Positions 26,058-40,010 of a DNA stretch of 64,000 nucleotides are shown here, one piece after another. Each line of letters opens with the position of its first letter. The stretch's first letter is position 1. The DNA is taken from NCBI GenBank assembly GCA_050084985.1, contig JBITNC010000001.1, forward strand, positions 86,862,001 through 86,926,000. The letters run 5' to 3'. Origin of the DNA: Nageia nagi (Eukaryota > Plantae > Pinophyta). Below the pieces are notes generated by a model. It was not told the origin of the DNA, searched no databases, and was given only the letters and a program-made list of their open reading frames with translations. The position numbers were made by a program, and so were the translations under genes.

Positions 26058-29000
26058 TGTTGTGCCCGCACAACACACCCCAAAATACAAGATTTTGGGA
26101 ACCCTATTTTGCAAAGGCAGTGAGGTGCATTGCCTTGAGATTGGCTTTTGGCGACGGACAGTTCATTCTGAAGAGTGCAAACATGATATCAAGGAATGAT
26201 TCAAGAAGATCATGTGACGAAGACCCTGAAGAGTATCAAAGTATCCAGTCATCGATTTTGGAGCCAAGAAGCCAAGATTTGAGAGAGAGTATCAAAGCAC
26301 GGATTTTTGGGTCTAGAGTGAGGTCAATGGAGATGGGGTCATTTTTCAAGGTTTGAGCCTCGAAATGGCCAATATGGTAAAAACAATTCATTTTGACCAA
26401 GTTTTGAGCTCCAAAATGGCAGAAATGATGGAAAGTGTGTTTTTCAGAGTTTAAGTTCAGATTTGACCAGAAATGACCGAAAATGGATGGGAATGCCGAA
26501 AATTATTGAAAATGCCAAGTTGAGCTCGGAAATGACCGGAAATGTAGAGTTTGAGCTCGGAAATGTCATAAATGATCGAAAATACCAAGTTTAGCTCGGA
26601 AAGAACCGAAAATGTAGAGTTGGAACTCGGAAATGTTGAAAATGATCGTTTTTCAAAGTTTGAGCTCGAAAATGTCAAGAATGATCGAAAATGCACAGTT
26701 TGTGCTAGGAAATGACGAAAAATGCAAATTTGGTTGAGTTTGAGCTCGAAAATGGCAGATATGGGTTTGGAATGCAAAAGGTATGCCCTAGGGCACAGTT
26801 TGAGGGTTTTAGTGATATCAAAGACATGGTTTCAACACTTAGCTCCCAGGTATGGCAAATTATGAAAAAAATTCAAGAGATAAATGCAAATGGTGTCGAA
26901 AATCAAGTCTAAGAGTGTCATTGGAGAGATAAGGTGAATTCCAACACAAGTAAGACTTGAAATTTTCGATTTTGACCAAGTTTTGAGGCCCAAAAGGCTA
27001 CGCGCATGTTTTCATGGCAATGGAAATCCAATCAAGTGAATTTTTGCATCTAGCATGAGGAGAAAAGATAAATTTTGTCCAAAGATCAAGTTTGAGGGCT
27101 TGGGAACAAGGAAAAGGGCATTTCAAGAAAGTTTAGGTCTATAAAATTTCACTTTTGAGCAAGGGAAATGCCCCAAACACATAGGCGCAAGTTTTCAAAG
27201 TGTTATTCAACGCCTAACTCAAGGAGGAAAGTGGATTTTTGATCAAATACCAAGTTTGAAGACATCAATGGATAAAAGACCCCATTCTATGCACATTTAA
27301 ACTTGAAAATTTTCATTTTTGAGCAAGTTTGGAGGCTCAAATATCTAGGCGCAAGTTTTGGCTGTTTGAAGATCCATAGGGCTGAAAAATGGCACCTAAA
27401 TTGAGGAAAATTGACAAATTTGGTCAAAAATTCAAGTTTGAGCACTTCATTGCATGGAAAATGCCATTTAAAACACATTTAAGTCTACAAAAAACTGATT
27501 TTGAAAAAGTTTAAGCCCCTAGAAGCTCGGTGCAAGTTTTCATGCCATTGGAGGATCCACTGGAGTGAAAATTAGCGCCTAAATTGGAGAGACAAGAGCA
27601 AATTTGCTCAAAAACCAATTTGGACCCCTTCACTGCATAGACAAAGGCATTTCCATCACTTTTAAACCTTAATATTTTCAATTTTGAGCCATGGAAACCC
27701 CTCAAAATGCTTGGCACAGTTTTTCAACCCATTGAAATTCCATAGAAGTGAAAATCAACGCCTAGCATGAGAAGATTGATAATTTTTTGCTCAAAAATCG
27801 AAAATTTTGCCTTCATTACATGGAAAATGACATTCTAAGCACATTTAAACTTTGGAATTTTCAAATTTGAGCAAGTTTCAGTGCTCAAAAATCTAGGAGG
27901 CATTTTTCATTCCTATGGAAATTTTCACTTTTTTCTACCAAAAAAATCCAGACATAAAAATAGAAAATTTTACCAAAAACCCCAAATCTTTCTTAAAACC
28001 TCCTAAAAAGCTCCAAATCCTCTCAAAACTTACCAAATACCTTATAATCCTATCCTCCATCCATCCATGAGCTCAAATCCACTTTTTAAATTTTTTCCAA
28101 ATTTTGGAAACCCCCATGTTTTTCAAAACATAGACCAAAAAAACCACTTTTTCGAAAAATCCTCTTAGAAATCTTTGAAAATTTGCCAGAATGATCACAT
28201 CTTGGGAAAATCTAGATTCAAAGAAAGAAGGAGCTCAAAAGACTAACAAAAGGATCTAGAATGATGATTTGAAGCTCCAATTTTTGCCAAATTGATGCAA
28301 AACACCTCAAAATCCATGTCAAAGGGCATCAATTTTTGTAAATATTTTATTTCTAGCATATTTTAGTGGGATGAGTATTGTTCTCCCACTAAAACGACAT
28401 TTTAATCTCAATCTAGCATTCAAATTAGCATTTTAAAATTTTTTTAAGAATTATGGCAATACTCTCAAATTTGACCTAAAAAGTCTATAAATGGACCATA
28501 GGGGGTGATTTTTGAGGAGAATGTTCAAGTCCAAAAAAAGGCCAATTTTCATGAAAATTGAAAATTTTTGTAATCGAGGAGCAAATTGATGTACTTATGC
28601 ATAACTCTTTTGCAATCATAATACAAGTGGCTACATGTTGATTCAAAGTGTGTTTTCATCTATTGGAGTGGTGGATTGACCCTTTAAGAACAAATTTTGT
28701 AATTTGAATATTTTCGTGCCTTCTCTTTGAAAACTTTTGAGTTTTAGGAGAATGTGTTGCAAACTTTTCTAAAATGTTTGAATTGTCTTGAATTGTTGCT
28801 AATCCATTACACACATGTTAAATGCTTTGTACTTTGAATTGACTTTCTCTTAAGATATCTTCCTAGACCTCTTGTTCAAAACTATTCACTTTCATTCACG
28901 CTTAGTCCATTTGATTGCATCGGTCCTACTTGCAAAGTACTGACAATCAACCTTGCTTTTCGCTCATCTTTGAAATGATTGGACAATAGTCATTCTTTTC

Positions 29001-29426
29001 AAAGACTTCATTGAATTGAACAAGATTTCTTAACCGATCCGAGAGAGAAAGTTTAAACAATGCTGCATTGTGACTACCTTGTTGAAGTCTAGCCAGTATC
29101 CGACCTCATTCTCCATTTCTTTTCTTTATTTTACACACTTTTTAAAACTATAGCAACTTTCGAACTATTGCAAGATAAGACACCTCAGTCCCTATAAAAA
29201 ACATGTTAACAATTACTACCTCTACTACACCACTCAACTGATTCCCAAACAAGACCTACACAATTTAAAGCTTGTACTAACGACACGAGCTTTCCAATAG
29301 AAACCTTAGGGTATCATTCCTTACAAGAGGAGTTCAATAACGCGTTCTCACCTAAATGTTGGGTCGATTTCCCGTCTTGATTGTCTAGGCGATCGTCGAG
29401 TAAGAGGAAAGGTTTCCTTCCCAATA
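26058..29426. mobile_element. Large solo LTR (3369 bp)
   Basis: tgttg...caata (terminal CA mutated to TA); 5-bp TSD GATTG on both sides; no coding motifs recognised inside. Confidence 0.8.
26395..26760 (+). repeat. ~30-bp minisatellite inside the large LTR
   Basis: Repeated tttgagctcggaaatgaccgaaaatg-like units. Confidence 0.85.
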
Positions 29427-31859
29427 GATTGTTGATCCTAAGAATAATATCCTTTTGAGCTCCTCCAAGTATTTGCTACAGAGGATCTTAAGCCACAACC
29501 TATCCTTTTCTTCATAAAGTTTCCAAAACAGTTTGGCATTAAGCTCTATGCACATCAATAAGAGCTTCCTGATACCCTACCCCTCCTCTCTCCTTCAAAC
29601 AAACTTTTATCCCTACCCATCAAGTGGACCTTCCTTTCATTACCACTACCTCCTCATAGAAATCTTCTCTGAATTTGACCAAGCACTTGATGCACCCTTA
29701 TTGAAATCCATAAAATAGATTAAAAATATATCAAGAGACCTTGAAGGACTAGTTTTAGCAACTAGATTCATCCTCCTAAAGAACCATTTAGCCTTACAAG
29801 AGGCTAGTTTGGATTTGAACTTATAAACCAAAGTCTCCCAAAGGGCCAATCTTATTGGTACTTTAAATGAAGGCATACCTAAGATGAGTTTTGAAAGAAA
29901 CCCAAGGCAACTTTGATTCTATCCTTCATTAAATTTGACATTTAAGAAAAGAAACCTTAGATCTACCCTTGTTAATTCTCTACAATGCAACATTCTCACA
30001 GTCTTCCAAAATACTAGCATAAGCTTCGGTTTCCTAAACTCAATGGATCCCCAACATAAGGATATCATTCACAAACTGGAGGTGAGAATTCAACCTTGTT
30101 GCATCTTTCAGAAGTAGTATCCAAAGCCTTGACTATTAAAATTTAAAAATAAATAAATAAATGAGAAAAAAAAGTGATAAGAGATATCCTTGCCTTAACC
30201 CCCTAAAATAAGAGAAAAAATACAATTGGAATTCCATAGATCAGAACAGAAAAGAAAGCCCCAACTCTGTTCATCAACTATGAATTTCTTAGCAATCACC
30301 TTCAATCTACATTGCAATGTGAGAAGGGTTTATATGCATCAAGTGAAGAGTTTCTTCTTTCTTCGGGATTGAGGCCAAGAAGGTTGACTTCTCCATTTAT
30401 TTCTTTTTCCTAGATTCTTTGATAGGTCCTACCACATCATTATTACAACTGACCCAAATTTTCTGAAACAAGGCTAAAAGGAATCCATCAGGCCATAAAG
30501 GTCATTTCCTGCCATATTAAATAAGGCCTCCTTAACTTCAGCTTTTATTTTCTTCATAAGCATGCTATCATCTTCATCTAATACCAAATTCAAAATAATT
30601 TTGAGAAATAAGTCCTACTTCATCTATTTCCATGTCCTTACTTAAGCGGCAAGCCTAACACACTAGTGTAGACATTTAAAAATAGCACCTTGAAAGGTAC
30701 ATGAACACATCAAAAGAATAATAACACAAGCTAGCACAACATTATGAGCCTGCTTAATGTCAGTATTCAGTCTGTTTGATACTCCATGCATCCTTTAGCC
30801 CTCTTCACAATTTAACATAGGATATATCTAAAAACTTCAGAGGAACCCAACAGTAGAACTTTGTTGGTGGTATTCAACAATACATGAATGCCTATGTCAA
30901 ACATGCCAAAACTCCATACGAGTGACCATTCCAGAATGCTTTTTGAAGCACATTGAGAAGATTATTTTCCATGCTTATAGATCTCCTTAAGAAACTATAC
31001 AATGTTTTGATGTATCTTAACCCTCAGAAGCAGATACAATTGATCTATTAATCCCATCTTTATTTGTCCCATCAGACATGCAATAGATTTACACTAGTTC
31101 AATTCTCCTTATATAAGCATTCAGAAGACTAAACAGGTTTTAGTGCTGCAATGATAATGACAACTTTACCTCTTGAGCATACCCAATATGCTATGTGGTT
31201 GTTTTTGCCTTTATGATAGTGTGATGATCTTTTATCTCTTGGCTTGCACTTTGCTTTGTTTTGTTTTTCAGCCTTTAGCTTCTTCTTAGCACTTTTATAA
31301 ACGTTTTAGATCCTGCAAGATACTCAATTTGATATTAGTAGCAGCTTCTCTTTGAAGGACTGCCTTAATAAGGAGGATTAAACATTGATTTCAGAACTAT
31401 GGTTTTGATTATGGACTATGATAGAATTGTTACTTTCAAGACAATGATTTTGATTATAAACTGTGGTTAGACTATTTCGTTTATAGACTAAGACAGGATT
31501 TAGAATTCTCCTAACTGCACACTATAATATATATGTACTTAGGATTATGATGGGGAGATCTGAGAGGTGATTATATTACATTTTGTGACTATAAGACTTG
31601 CAGTTTTTTGTTTGGTTGACTAACTCTTAAAGATTGGTTAAGATATCATAGCAAATTTAGTCTACAATCAACTCAGCTATAGTTGAAAATGAGCTATGAA
31701 CAAGTATTTAAATAGAATCTTAAAGACATTTCGGTCTACAAGCTACAGCAGTACTTAAGTCAATACTATGTAGTGACACTGCTCTTAAGATATGCGCATA
31801 ACAGAATCTACCAAGCAACTATTGCACTCTACATTTTGTAATATATTTCATTAAAAACT

Positions 31860-32800
31860 TCTTACACCTACCTAGGGGTGCTCTTTACGGGACCCAGGTT
31901 CTCCATGAGGAGAGCATCCCCCCCTAGAGTCTGTCAAGGTTAAGCCGTCGTATCTAATATAAACAGACAATGCATTCAGCTATACTTCCAGGACATTCCA
32001 TCCAAGCTACAGCTATTTCAGACTCCAATCACCCCACAGTTCTCTATGGTATTGAGATTTGGGGACCTAGCCTAAGAGCAACGAACTAGACCACAGTAGA
32101 GATGATATTGGTCAGTACACTTTCACGCTCCATTCGAAGCAATAGGATAGTGCCTCACCCCATCATGTTTGTAGAACTTGATTGCCAGACTCTCCAGGTG
32201 AGAGCCAATGCCTTTGTAGCCATCTACCTTGGACACCTACACATATTATCTGAACTTGGTGATACTAGGTTACCTGCTAGAGCTCTAGCTTCTTCAATGG
32301 ACTTAGCCGCCTAGGGCTGTCGCCGATGTTGGTTTGCAAAGGTTACAGAATCCCTCAAAGATTTGGTTTTTCTCCTAACAAGTTACCCATGACTTTGAGA
32401 GATTCGATTGGCCCCTCAGTTAATTCCTCGACTAAGATTTGTGATATGATATATATAAAGCTTTTGTTCAGCATACTAGGATCTCACCGAATCCGCCTTT
32501 GACACCCAAGTTAGCACATTATTCTCAGCATTCCTTCATATTGTTCGCGCAATGATCTTCCCTCCTAATTACATTAGCCTACATCTCCCCCTCCGTTTGA
32601 GGATGTTTCTAGGACAATTTTGGGTTTGTTCTCATCAGATGAGGATTGAGATGGACCACCACTTAGTCCATGACCTACAAGTCTATCGCCTTTGGTGTCT
32701 AGAGATTGCTGTTGAGGACCACTTCATTTTTAAATGTTCGGCCTACTGCTAGATCAGAGATCGTTACCATTTCCTTTTCAAAGGAGAATGCTTGGACCAC
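31860..32800 (+). mobile_element. 5'-truncated RTE-type LINE fragment (ORF2 C-terminus)
   Basis: YTYLGVLFTG, QCIQLYFQDIPSK, PTVLYGIEIWG, EDHFIFKCSAY; paralogous to 35145-36010. Confidence 0.8.
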
Positions 32801-32829
32801 TCTTGATGACACTTTAGTTCTTTGATTAT

Positions 32830-35800
32830 GATCTTTAGATGATGATCTTATGAGACTTCAAATCGATGAGCTTCGTAAAGCTCATGCTTCAATCATGGCC
32901 GCAAGGAAAGAAAACAAATGGGCAATGATTCGAAATGCTCAAGCAAGGATAAATGATTTTGCCCCTTCATGGTGGACACGCCCATGGCTATCCAAATGAA
33001 GGTGCCCTCAAGTCTCAATAAACAATGACAAGATCAATCTTGCTTGTAGGAATTGTAATGGTGCAGTGTGGTCTTCTCTAGGTACCTTCCAGTATGTAAT
33101 ATCATCACGGGACCTTATCTTTCTTACTAAGATTCATGAGAGCCTTGATCAGGCACTCTCCACCATCATAGGCTACCATTGGCTTTCATCTTTCAAAGAA
33201 GAGACAAGAAGATCAGGAGGGGTCCATGGGTCTAGGGGTATTGTCTAATCTCGAGATTGCTTTCAATCTCATATCTCACTACTATCAACTAATACCCGCT
33301 CACAATACTTCTCATCGGCTTCATCATCCTTTGTTATACATACAGATGGTGACCAATACATAGACCTCTAAAGGTGTATCTCCCATTATTCCTATATGGG
33401 GGATGTCATCCTCTTAGGTGATTTCAATGCCTGAATTGGGAAATGTCAAACACCTATACATGAGCTTTAGGATGATGAGCTTTGTATCTAAAAGTAGGAT
33501 CTTGGCGATTCCAGTTTGCAAAGAACTTTTACAGGTAGGAATGTTCTTGTTATAGCATATGGAAGGCATCTTCTTCATCTAAGTGAATCACATGGACTTT
33601 GTATTCTTAATGGCCTTCCTTGCTTTTCAAATTCCAAGATTTACATGTTTCCCTTAAAATGGAGGTGCGAGTGTAGTTGACTACATCCTTGTCAACCTAC
33701 ATTTGATTCCCCACATTCATGATCTTGGCCTCTCCAACCACCTTCTCCTTCCAAATCATGCTACCCAACTCTCTTTGATTCTTGCCAATAGAACTAGTAT
33801 ACCCTCCCCACCCTCCAATGTTAATACCAAATATGAGCTCTTATACCATACACTTGGGGAGGCACCCCTTGAATCCTTCTCTCATAAGATTTATCATTCT
33901 CGATCATCCTTCTAGATCAGGTTGGTATGATGAAGAGTGTAACTCTATGCACCAAATACTCCGCTTTTCTTTAGCCCATGACCCTTCCTTTGTTTTGTCC
34001 ATGTAGAGAGATTAGTGTTGTCTTCTTAGATGGAAGAAACTTCAATTTCTTACCTTCATTCATTGTGCACCCATTGACTCTCTTCACCACTCCCCCAAGA
34101 TATTTTGGCATACCTTTCTTCCTAGGAAACCTCCACCTTCAAACATTGACCCCCATTCTTGAGTCTTTTATGCCAATTCTCTTTATGATACTCCAAATCA
34201 ACAAACTTCATCCATCCCCTCTGCCCCCTTTCCTACCAATTATTTTGTATAGGGGACCTTTAAAGAGCCCTTCGAAAACTTGGCACAATTAAGGCAGCTA
34301 ATTGCGAAGGCATGTAGGCTAAGTTACTCAAATATGATGGTGAGTCACATGCCTCTCCCATTGTTGACCTATTCAATGAGGTCGTTTGTTCGAGGTTTCC
34401 TCCTCCTTGGTCACAATACACCATTCACCCCATTCACAAAGAAGAGGATTGTTCTGATCCGAACAAATTATAGGACAATCATGATTGGGCACACCTTTAC
34501 CAAGCTTTATGCCACAGTATTGGACATGATGTTGTCAAATCATTTGGAGCATGGTGACCAGAGGGCCTGAGGGAAGGCTGGATTCAAGAGAGATTTTCAT
34601 ATTGTTGACCATATATCATCAAGGAGGCCCACCAAAGATTCTCTAAGGTTTTTTTGATTTGTGGATTTCAAGAAGGCCTTTGATACTATTCCACAACACC
34701 CACTTTTTCAAAAGCTACATACTATTGGCATCTTTGATACATTTTTTACTGCCATCATGAGGCTCTATGAGACGATTGTTACCTGGATTCGAACTATTGA
34801 TGCCCTTTCTTGCAGTATCAATAATACTATTGTTGTTAAACAAGGGTTCCCTCTTTCACCTACTCTTTTTGGCACATGTATAGATGACCTTGAGAATTTC
34901 CATCGAATACACAAATGATAGTAGTTGGTTACATCATATTCAAATTGCAAATGGCGTGGTCCTCTTATTCCACTCTCTTAAGGGCCTTTAGAGATAGGTG
35001 GATGCACTTGCTCGTGTCTATGACCATAAACAGATTTTAGTCAACCTCAATAAGACTAAGGTCATGATCTTTTAAAACCTCTATAGCTACTCTCTCTAGA
35101 TTCCATTTTTGCTATAAAGGTGAGCCAATGGAGATCATCATTGCTTACACTGATTTAGGGGTTCAATTCTCTGGACCATCTTTCAGCTTAAAACTAGCAT
35201 TACAATCACATCTTTGCAAGGGTATGACTCAATCTCCATCCTAGAACGTCAATGCTTCCAAATTCACTTTCAAGATATCCCTTCAAAAAAATGCATCTTT
35301 GATACACTAGTTAAATCCATAGTTCTCTATAGATCAAAGGTTCAAAGCCCCAACTCTAGACCTATTGAGTTATCAACCCACTATGTTTCAATACATATCC
35401 ATCACAAATGAACAATCCCATAATGCATTGTTTAGAGCGAGTTTATTGCATAGTCGCTCTGTTTTGAGAGTGAATTCAAGCTCACATCCTTCCCTCACAA
35501 ACTCAGACAGTTCAATGATTTTGCCTCAAGCCACGAGAGGTACCCATTTCTTGCTTTGTGCTCTTCAGAGAGGCTTGCATCATTAGGTTTTATTGGACGC
35601 AGGCAATGTTTTTTCGAGACCAATTTGTTTTTACAGTCCATGGGCATCTCCATTGATCGACCCCCATCATTCAAATCTTTGTTGGCCACCCCTCTTCACC
35701 TTTGCCCCTTAAAGGCAGAGATCCATAAATATATTAGAGAGGATATCTACCATCGTTAAATCTATCTTGAACATTTCCTACATATTATTGATAGTATCAT

Positions 35801-36262
35801 TGTCCAACCCACCTATCTTCAACACCAATGGACTCATGGCCTAAGGATTCCCCTCGGCCAACTGCAAGTTCGTTCCCATCAACTTACTAATCACATATTC
35901 CTCAACTTGCTAGGATTTGTTGTCTTTTCTCTCTACAAGAGGTAGAGAATGAGCACTTGATATTTCGATGCCCCAAATACTACGAGATTTGGGGATGATA
36001 TCACTGCTTGTACAAGGAGTTTGAAAGCTCCCTATCCACTTTCTTCCATTACCCCGACCAAAGATGCTCAGCCCTCTTCTTACAAGAGGTCATTATCTTT
36101 AGCCGTAAAGCCCTACAACGATCCGCAAAGATCCCTCAAACCATCAAATTGGTCAATTTCTTTTTCCAGCCCATTTCTAATCCCATAGGCAAGAAACGCC
36201 CCTCAGACATAATCGTTCAAGCAAGAAATGCCCGTTTATGCTCTCCTCCTTTCAGCCATTAA
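32830..36262 (+). mobile_element. Degenerate RTE/RTE-X-type LINE (ORF1 tail + EN-RT ORF2)
   Basis: DDLMRLQ..ARKENKWAMIR; DLIFLTKIHE; LLGDFNA; SVVDYIL; NYRTIMIG; VDFKKAFDTI; VKQGFPLSPTLFG; EHLIFRCPKY. Confidence 0.85.
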
Positions 36263-39200
36263 TTATAAGATCATTATTTCTAGTGAATCTACTCCACTAA
36301 GAAAAGGGAATCAAGCTCTTTAGATGGAGATTCTTTGTGGCCTTCTTTCAAGTCAAGTTCTAATAATGCCTTATTAGTGCAAGATATTCTCTACTGCATA
36401 TTCCCAAAATCAATATATTCCATGCTTTCGATTTAGATTTAACATGTATGAGTTGCTAAGCTAGGATGAACATGCTAGATCCTCGACTATCAATTCCCCA
36501 CCAATCTTCTAAATTTTCTTCTAGATATATTTCAAGTCTCCAATTCATCTCAAAAGCGGAAAGAAAATATTCATTTTGAGGTAGATTTAAGAAATAAATC
36601 AATTGGTCAATGTTATAATCCAAAGCCATTTTAAAAACACGCATCACAGTTTGTGTCTATAAGCCATTTTGGGACAATGGAAAATATGTCCAGTCTGCCT
36701 TTGACATTGTCTTCTTTTATATGGTTATTCGATGAGAAAACCCTATTGGAGATGTGGGCATCCAATATATCCATGTCACAAACTAGTTGTTCCAATTCTA
36801 ACCTTAAGATTTATCCTCATGCCTATCACTTTGCTTCGTTGTGGACAAAAGAGTAGCATTAAAATCATCCCCCTACAATGATTTGAGCCTCTTGTGGAAG
36901 CCTATACCTAGTAGCTCTTAGCCCTTCCCCAATATCCTTCATTGGTCCCTATCTTATGGACTATCTACATTGATAAGCAAACCCTTCAAGTTATCCCTAG
37001 TATTGTTTAACATTAAAATCTACCACTTCCCATTTGATTAAACTCCTCTAATATGAATATTCTCGAGTTCCATAAGATTTTAACCCTCCTGAAGCCCCCC
37101 CGAGTCCTCCCATAAGAAGTTATCTCTTCTAAACAATCTATATTGAATTTCAATTGCTTTCCTTCTAAATGTTTAGTTTCCTTGATCATCAATATATTTG
37201 CATTCCAATCTTTTAAATGGTGGGATAACAACCTTTGATTGTTAGGGGCATTTAGTCCCATAGCATTCCATAAAACTATGTTCATTTATGGGAGGATTTG
37301 CAAGTAGGTTTAACCTCACTACCATTGAGCCAACAACCTAATTGCTAGCCTAAATTCTGACCTACTTTGTGCTCTACATCCTACTTCACCTTAGATAACA
37401 AAATTATGATCAAGTAAAAGATCCTACCATCACAACTTCCTTACCAAAATTCACCAAAGCTTCCATAGTTGCTGCCCCGCTTGATTCTTACTTGCCACGA
37501 TCTAAGTGGGGACTCTAAACCTCAAAATATTTCATCTTCAACTCGACTCTTGGATGTTTCTTTTCCTCAATGAACTCCTCTACTACACCTAAATCCTCTT
37601 CACCCTTTGGCCAAGACTGCATCCACAAGGCTCTTCTCCTTCCCATGCTCAAAATCAATCATAGCCTCCTCCACCTCTACTAAATCCAAAAGATACTACA
37701 CAAGTTATTGGAGAATCTCAATATTCTACCTAACTTGGACATCTTCAAACTCAACTTGTTCATCTTCCTATTTTTAGACAAAACCTTTATGAAATCATCC
37801 TTATAAGTTTGGAATGAAAAGAGCTTAAAATTTGAAGCCTTTTCACCACATTCATGGTAGAGATTGCATTTGAAAGGAAGCCTCTCATAATCTAGTTATT
37901 CATCCCATTTGAAAGAACGATTGAAGTGGGCAATGGCCTATTCACATTGATCTTTACAAATCCAAACATAAGTGCGGAGAGCCACATCCTTAGAGGGATA
38001 TTCAATCTTGATAAAGTTGCCCAAGAAACAACCTATTTCCTTTAAAAGATAAGGAACCCATAACTCCATAGGGCAACTATACAGCCTTATCCAAACTGGA
38101 TGGCAATCAATTTTCTTAATAAGTGATTAAGCCCAAGGACCAGGGTTTTACAAATAGCATCAAATCGCCTATCCACCATGATCCTTCCCATCCTATCACT
38201 TAGAAGCAAAAAAATATCTTAAAAAAATAAGGCAAAAAGCATAAGGAAACCTCATCATTAGCATCCCAATCCAGGTTTTTAGAGTCCTTCAATCAGCCAA
38301 GTCCCTAAAAAATTGAATATCAACACATGATCCCTAATGTACAATGTCCTCCCTCATAGCTTCACACCACACAGTTTGAGAGTTGGTCTATCCTTAAGGG
38401 TTTAATGAATCTTATGTTTCTTGAATGGTCTAAGGTTTAAAGCCTAAAGCCTTTAGCACCTTCTAGAAGGGCATCTTTGAAAGAGAGATGATTTTGCTTG
38501 CTCTATCGTGATCCACCCTTGACCTGGATTTCACTTCCATCTAGATCTCTACTTCTTGCTTAAACTCTATCAGATCCAATTGATCTCCTGCTGCTCGCAC
38601 ATGATGTAAAATTATTAGTTGATGTCCTCATATTGATGCCTGTTCTCCATTGATTTTGAAGAAATATTTGTGATCTTTAAATAATTAAGTACCTTGCTAG
38701 CCCTAAACTCCTAAATGACACAATTAGACCATCAAAGAGCCACCTATCAGTTAAGTAAATATTGGTCATCTTATCGTCAGTGGCCAATAGTAGTCAAACT
38801 ACAAGTCTAATGACAAGGATAAGCCTACTTTTATGATGCTTCTGTAAATTGTTTGTTTAAAATTTAAATCCTAACACTTCATATTTCATTTTTATATTAT
38901 TTGTAATGAGACACTTTTACGCTTAATATAACTTTTAAATAAAATCTAGTTTGAAAATAAGTATAGGATATAAAGTGCATGCATTTTGAAAGAAAACGCC
39001 CAACATGAATTATTTTGAGTGGTACTTCAAAGATTGTAAACGAGACAAAGGAGGATATGTGCTGATGTAGCATAATAACAGCAATCAGTGACATTAAGGA
39101 CAGAACAACAACATTCAATACAGCAGAAAGAGATTGTTGTTTTGAACAAATACAGAAGAATAATTGCTGATGAGGAATTGCAGAAGCTTCTGTATCATAT

Positions 39201-39293
39201 TGCCAAACAAAATTTTCATGGTTTCCTGGAAAATCAGGAAATTTTGAATCATATCTTCCACATTCGCTGTACAAGGCAACACGGTGCACAACA

Positions 39294-40010
39294 TGTATAG
39301 AAGGGAAGAAGTTCAGTGCAACACAAAGTTTGGAACACAAAGTTGTTCCTAAGGGCTTGTGCAAAGGGACCAATGTTGCTAGGACGCTTATATTAATTCA
39401 TTTGGATATATTTTATTATTTTTATAAGGTGACCTTATGGACTTTAAGTTGTGGGCCCAACTCGACAAAGAATCATAATAGTTTATTATAAAAAGAGGTG
39501 AGGGGTGCTCATTTGGGTTATGTTATGTTATTATTTTGAGATCTTGTGATCTTGGTGAGAAGATTGATCCTTCAACCGCTCTTTTGCAGTATTGGGCTGC
39601 TCCCTCTCTTCAGAAGGTAGCCAATCTGGTAGAGAAGGCTTGTCCTTGCTATTTGGTTGGAATTCAGGGGCTGATCCCTTCAACATTGAGAGGCATATCC
39701 ATTCAAAGTTTGCCATTGGGGTTTCAGAGCTGGTATTCAGATTTCAGTTTCAGGATTCGGTGTTTGTGTGGCAGTTTTAGTGTAGTTTCCAGCATTACTC
39801 AGGGCAGCCATACATTAGAGGAGTTCATCCTATTTTTGGGATGCTTATTTAGGGTTTTGTTGTCATTTTCATGCCATAATAGGGATGTCCAGCCCTAGGA
39901 GGCTTGCAATTACAGATATGATTTTGTTTACATATATCAGAATTTTTATTGAAGAAAAATATATTATTTGCAGCTAGGGTTTGGAAAATTTAATTTCGGA
40001 TATTTCAAAC
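39294..40010 (+). mobile_element. Possible solo LTR
   Basis: TATA (tataaaaagagg ~39487) followed by a U5-like region ending in tttca; no TSD confirmed. Confidence 0.35.

Larger units (their letters stand above)
24740..38700 (-). mobile_element. Near full-length degenerate L1 LINE, split by insertions at 26058-29426 and ~30640-36262
   Basis: ORF1 (SFKDALL, DYERLPFKC..H zinc knuckle, ~37300-38500); endonuclease MNIVLWNAMGL (37285); RT GLRQG, HLQFVND, YLGMP (29430-30640); zf-RVT and RNase H-like region (24800-25700). The frame reads ILRINNPHKGS across the LTR insertion site. Confidence 0.85.

Noticed and set aside
31168-31312. Minus-strand segment flanked by AG/GT as TL15 exon 6
   Set aside because: No pentapeptide repeats and no similarity to the TL15 C-terminus.
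31872-31926. Hairpin ggggtgctct...agagcatcccc as MITE or miRNA
   Set aside because: It is LINE ORF2 coding sequence (YTYLGVLFTGPRFSMR).
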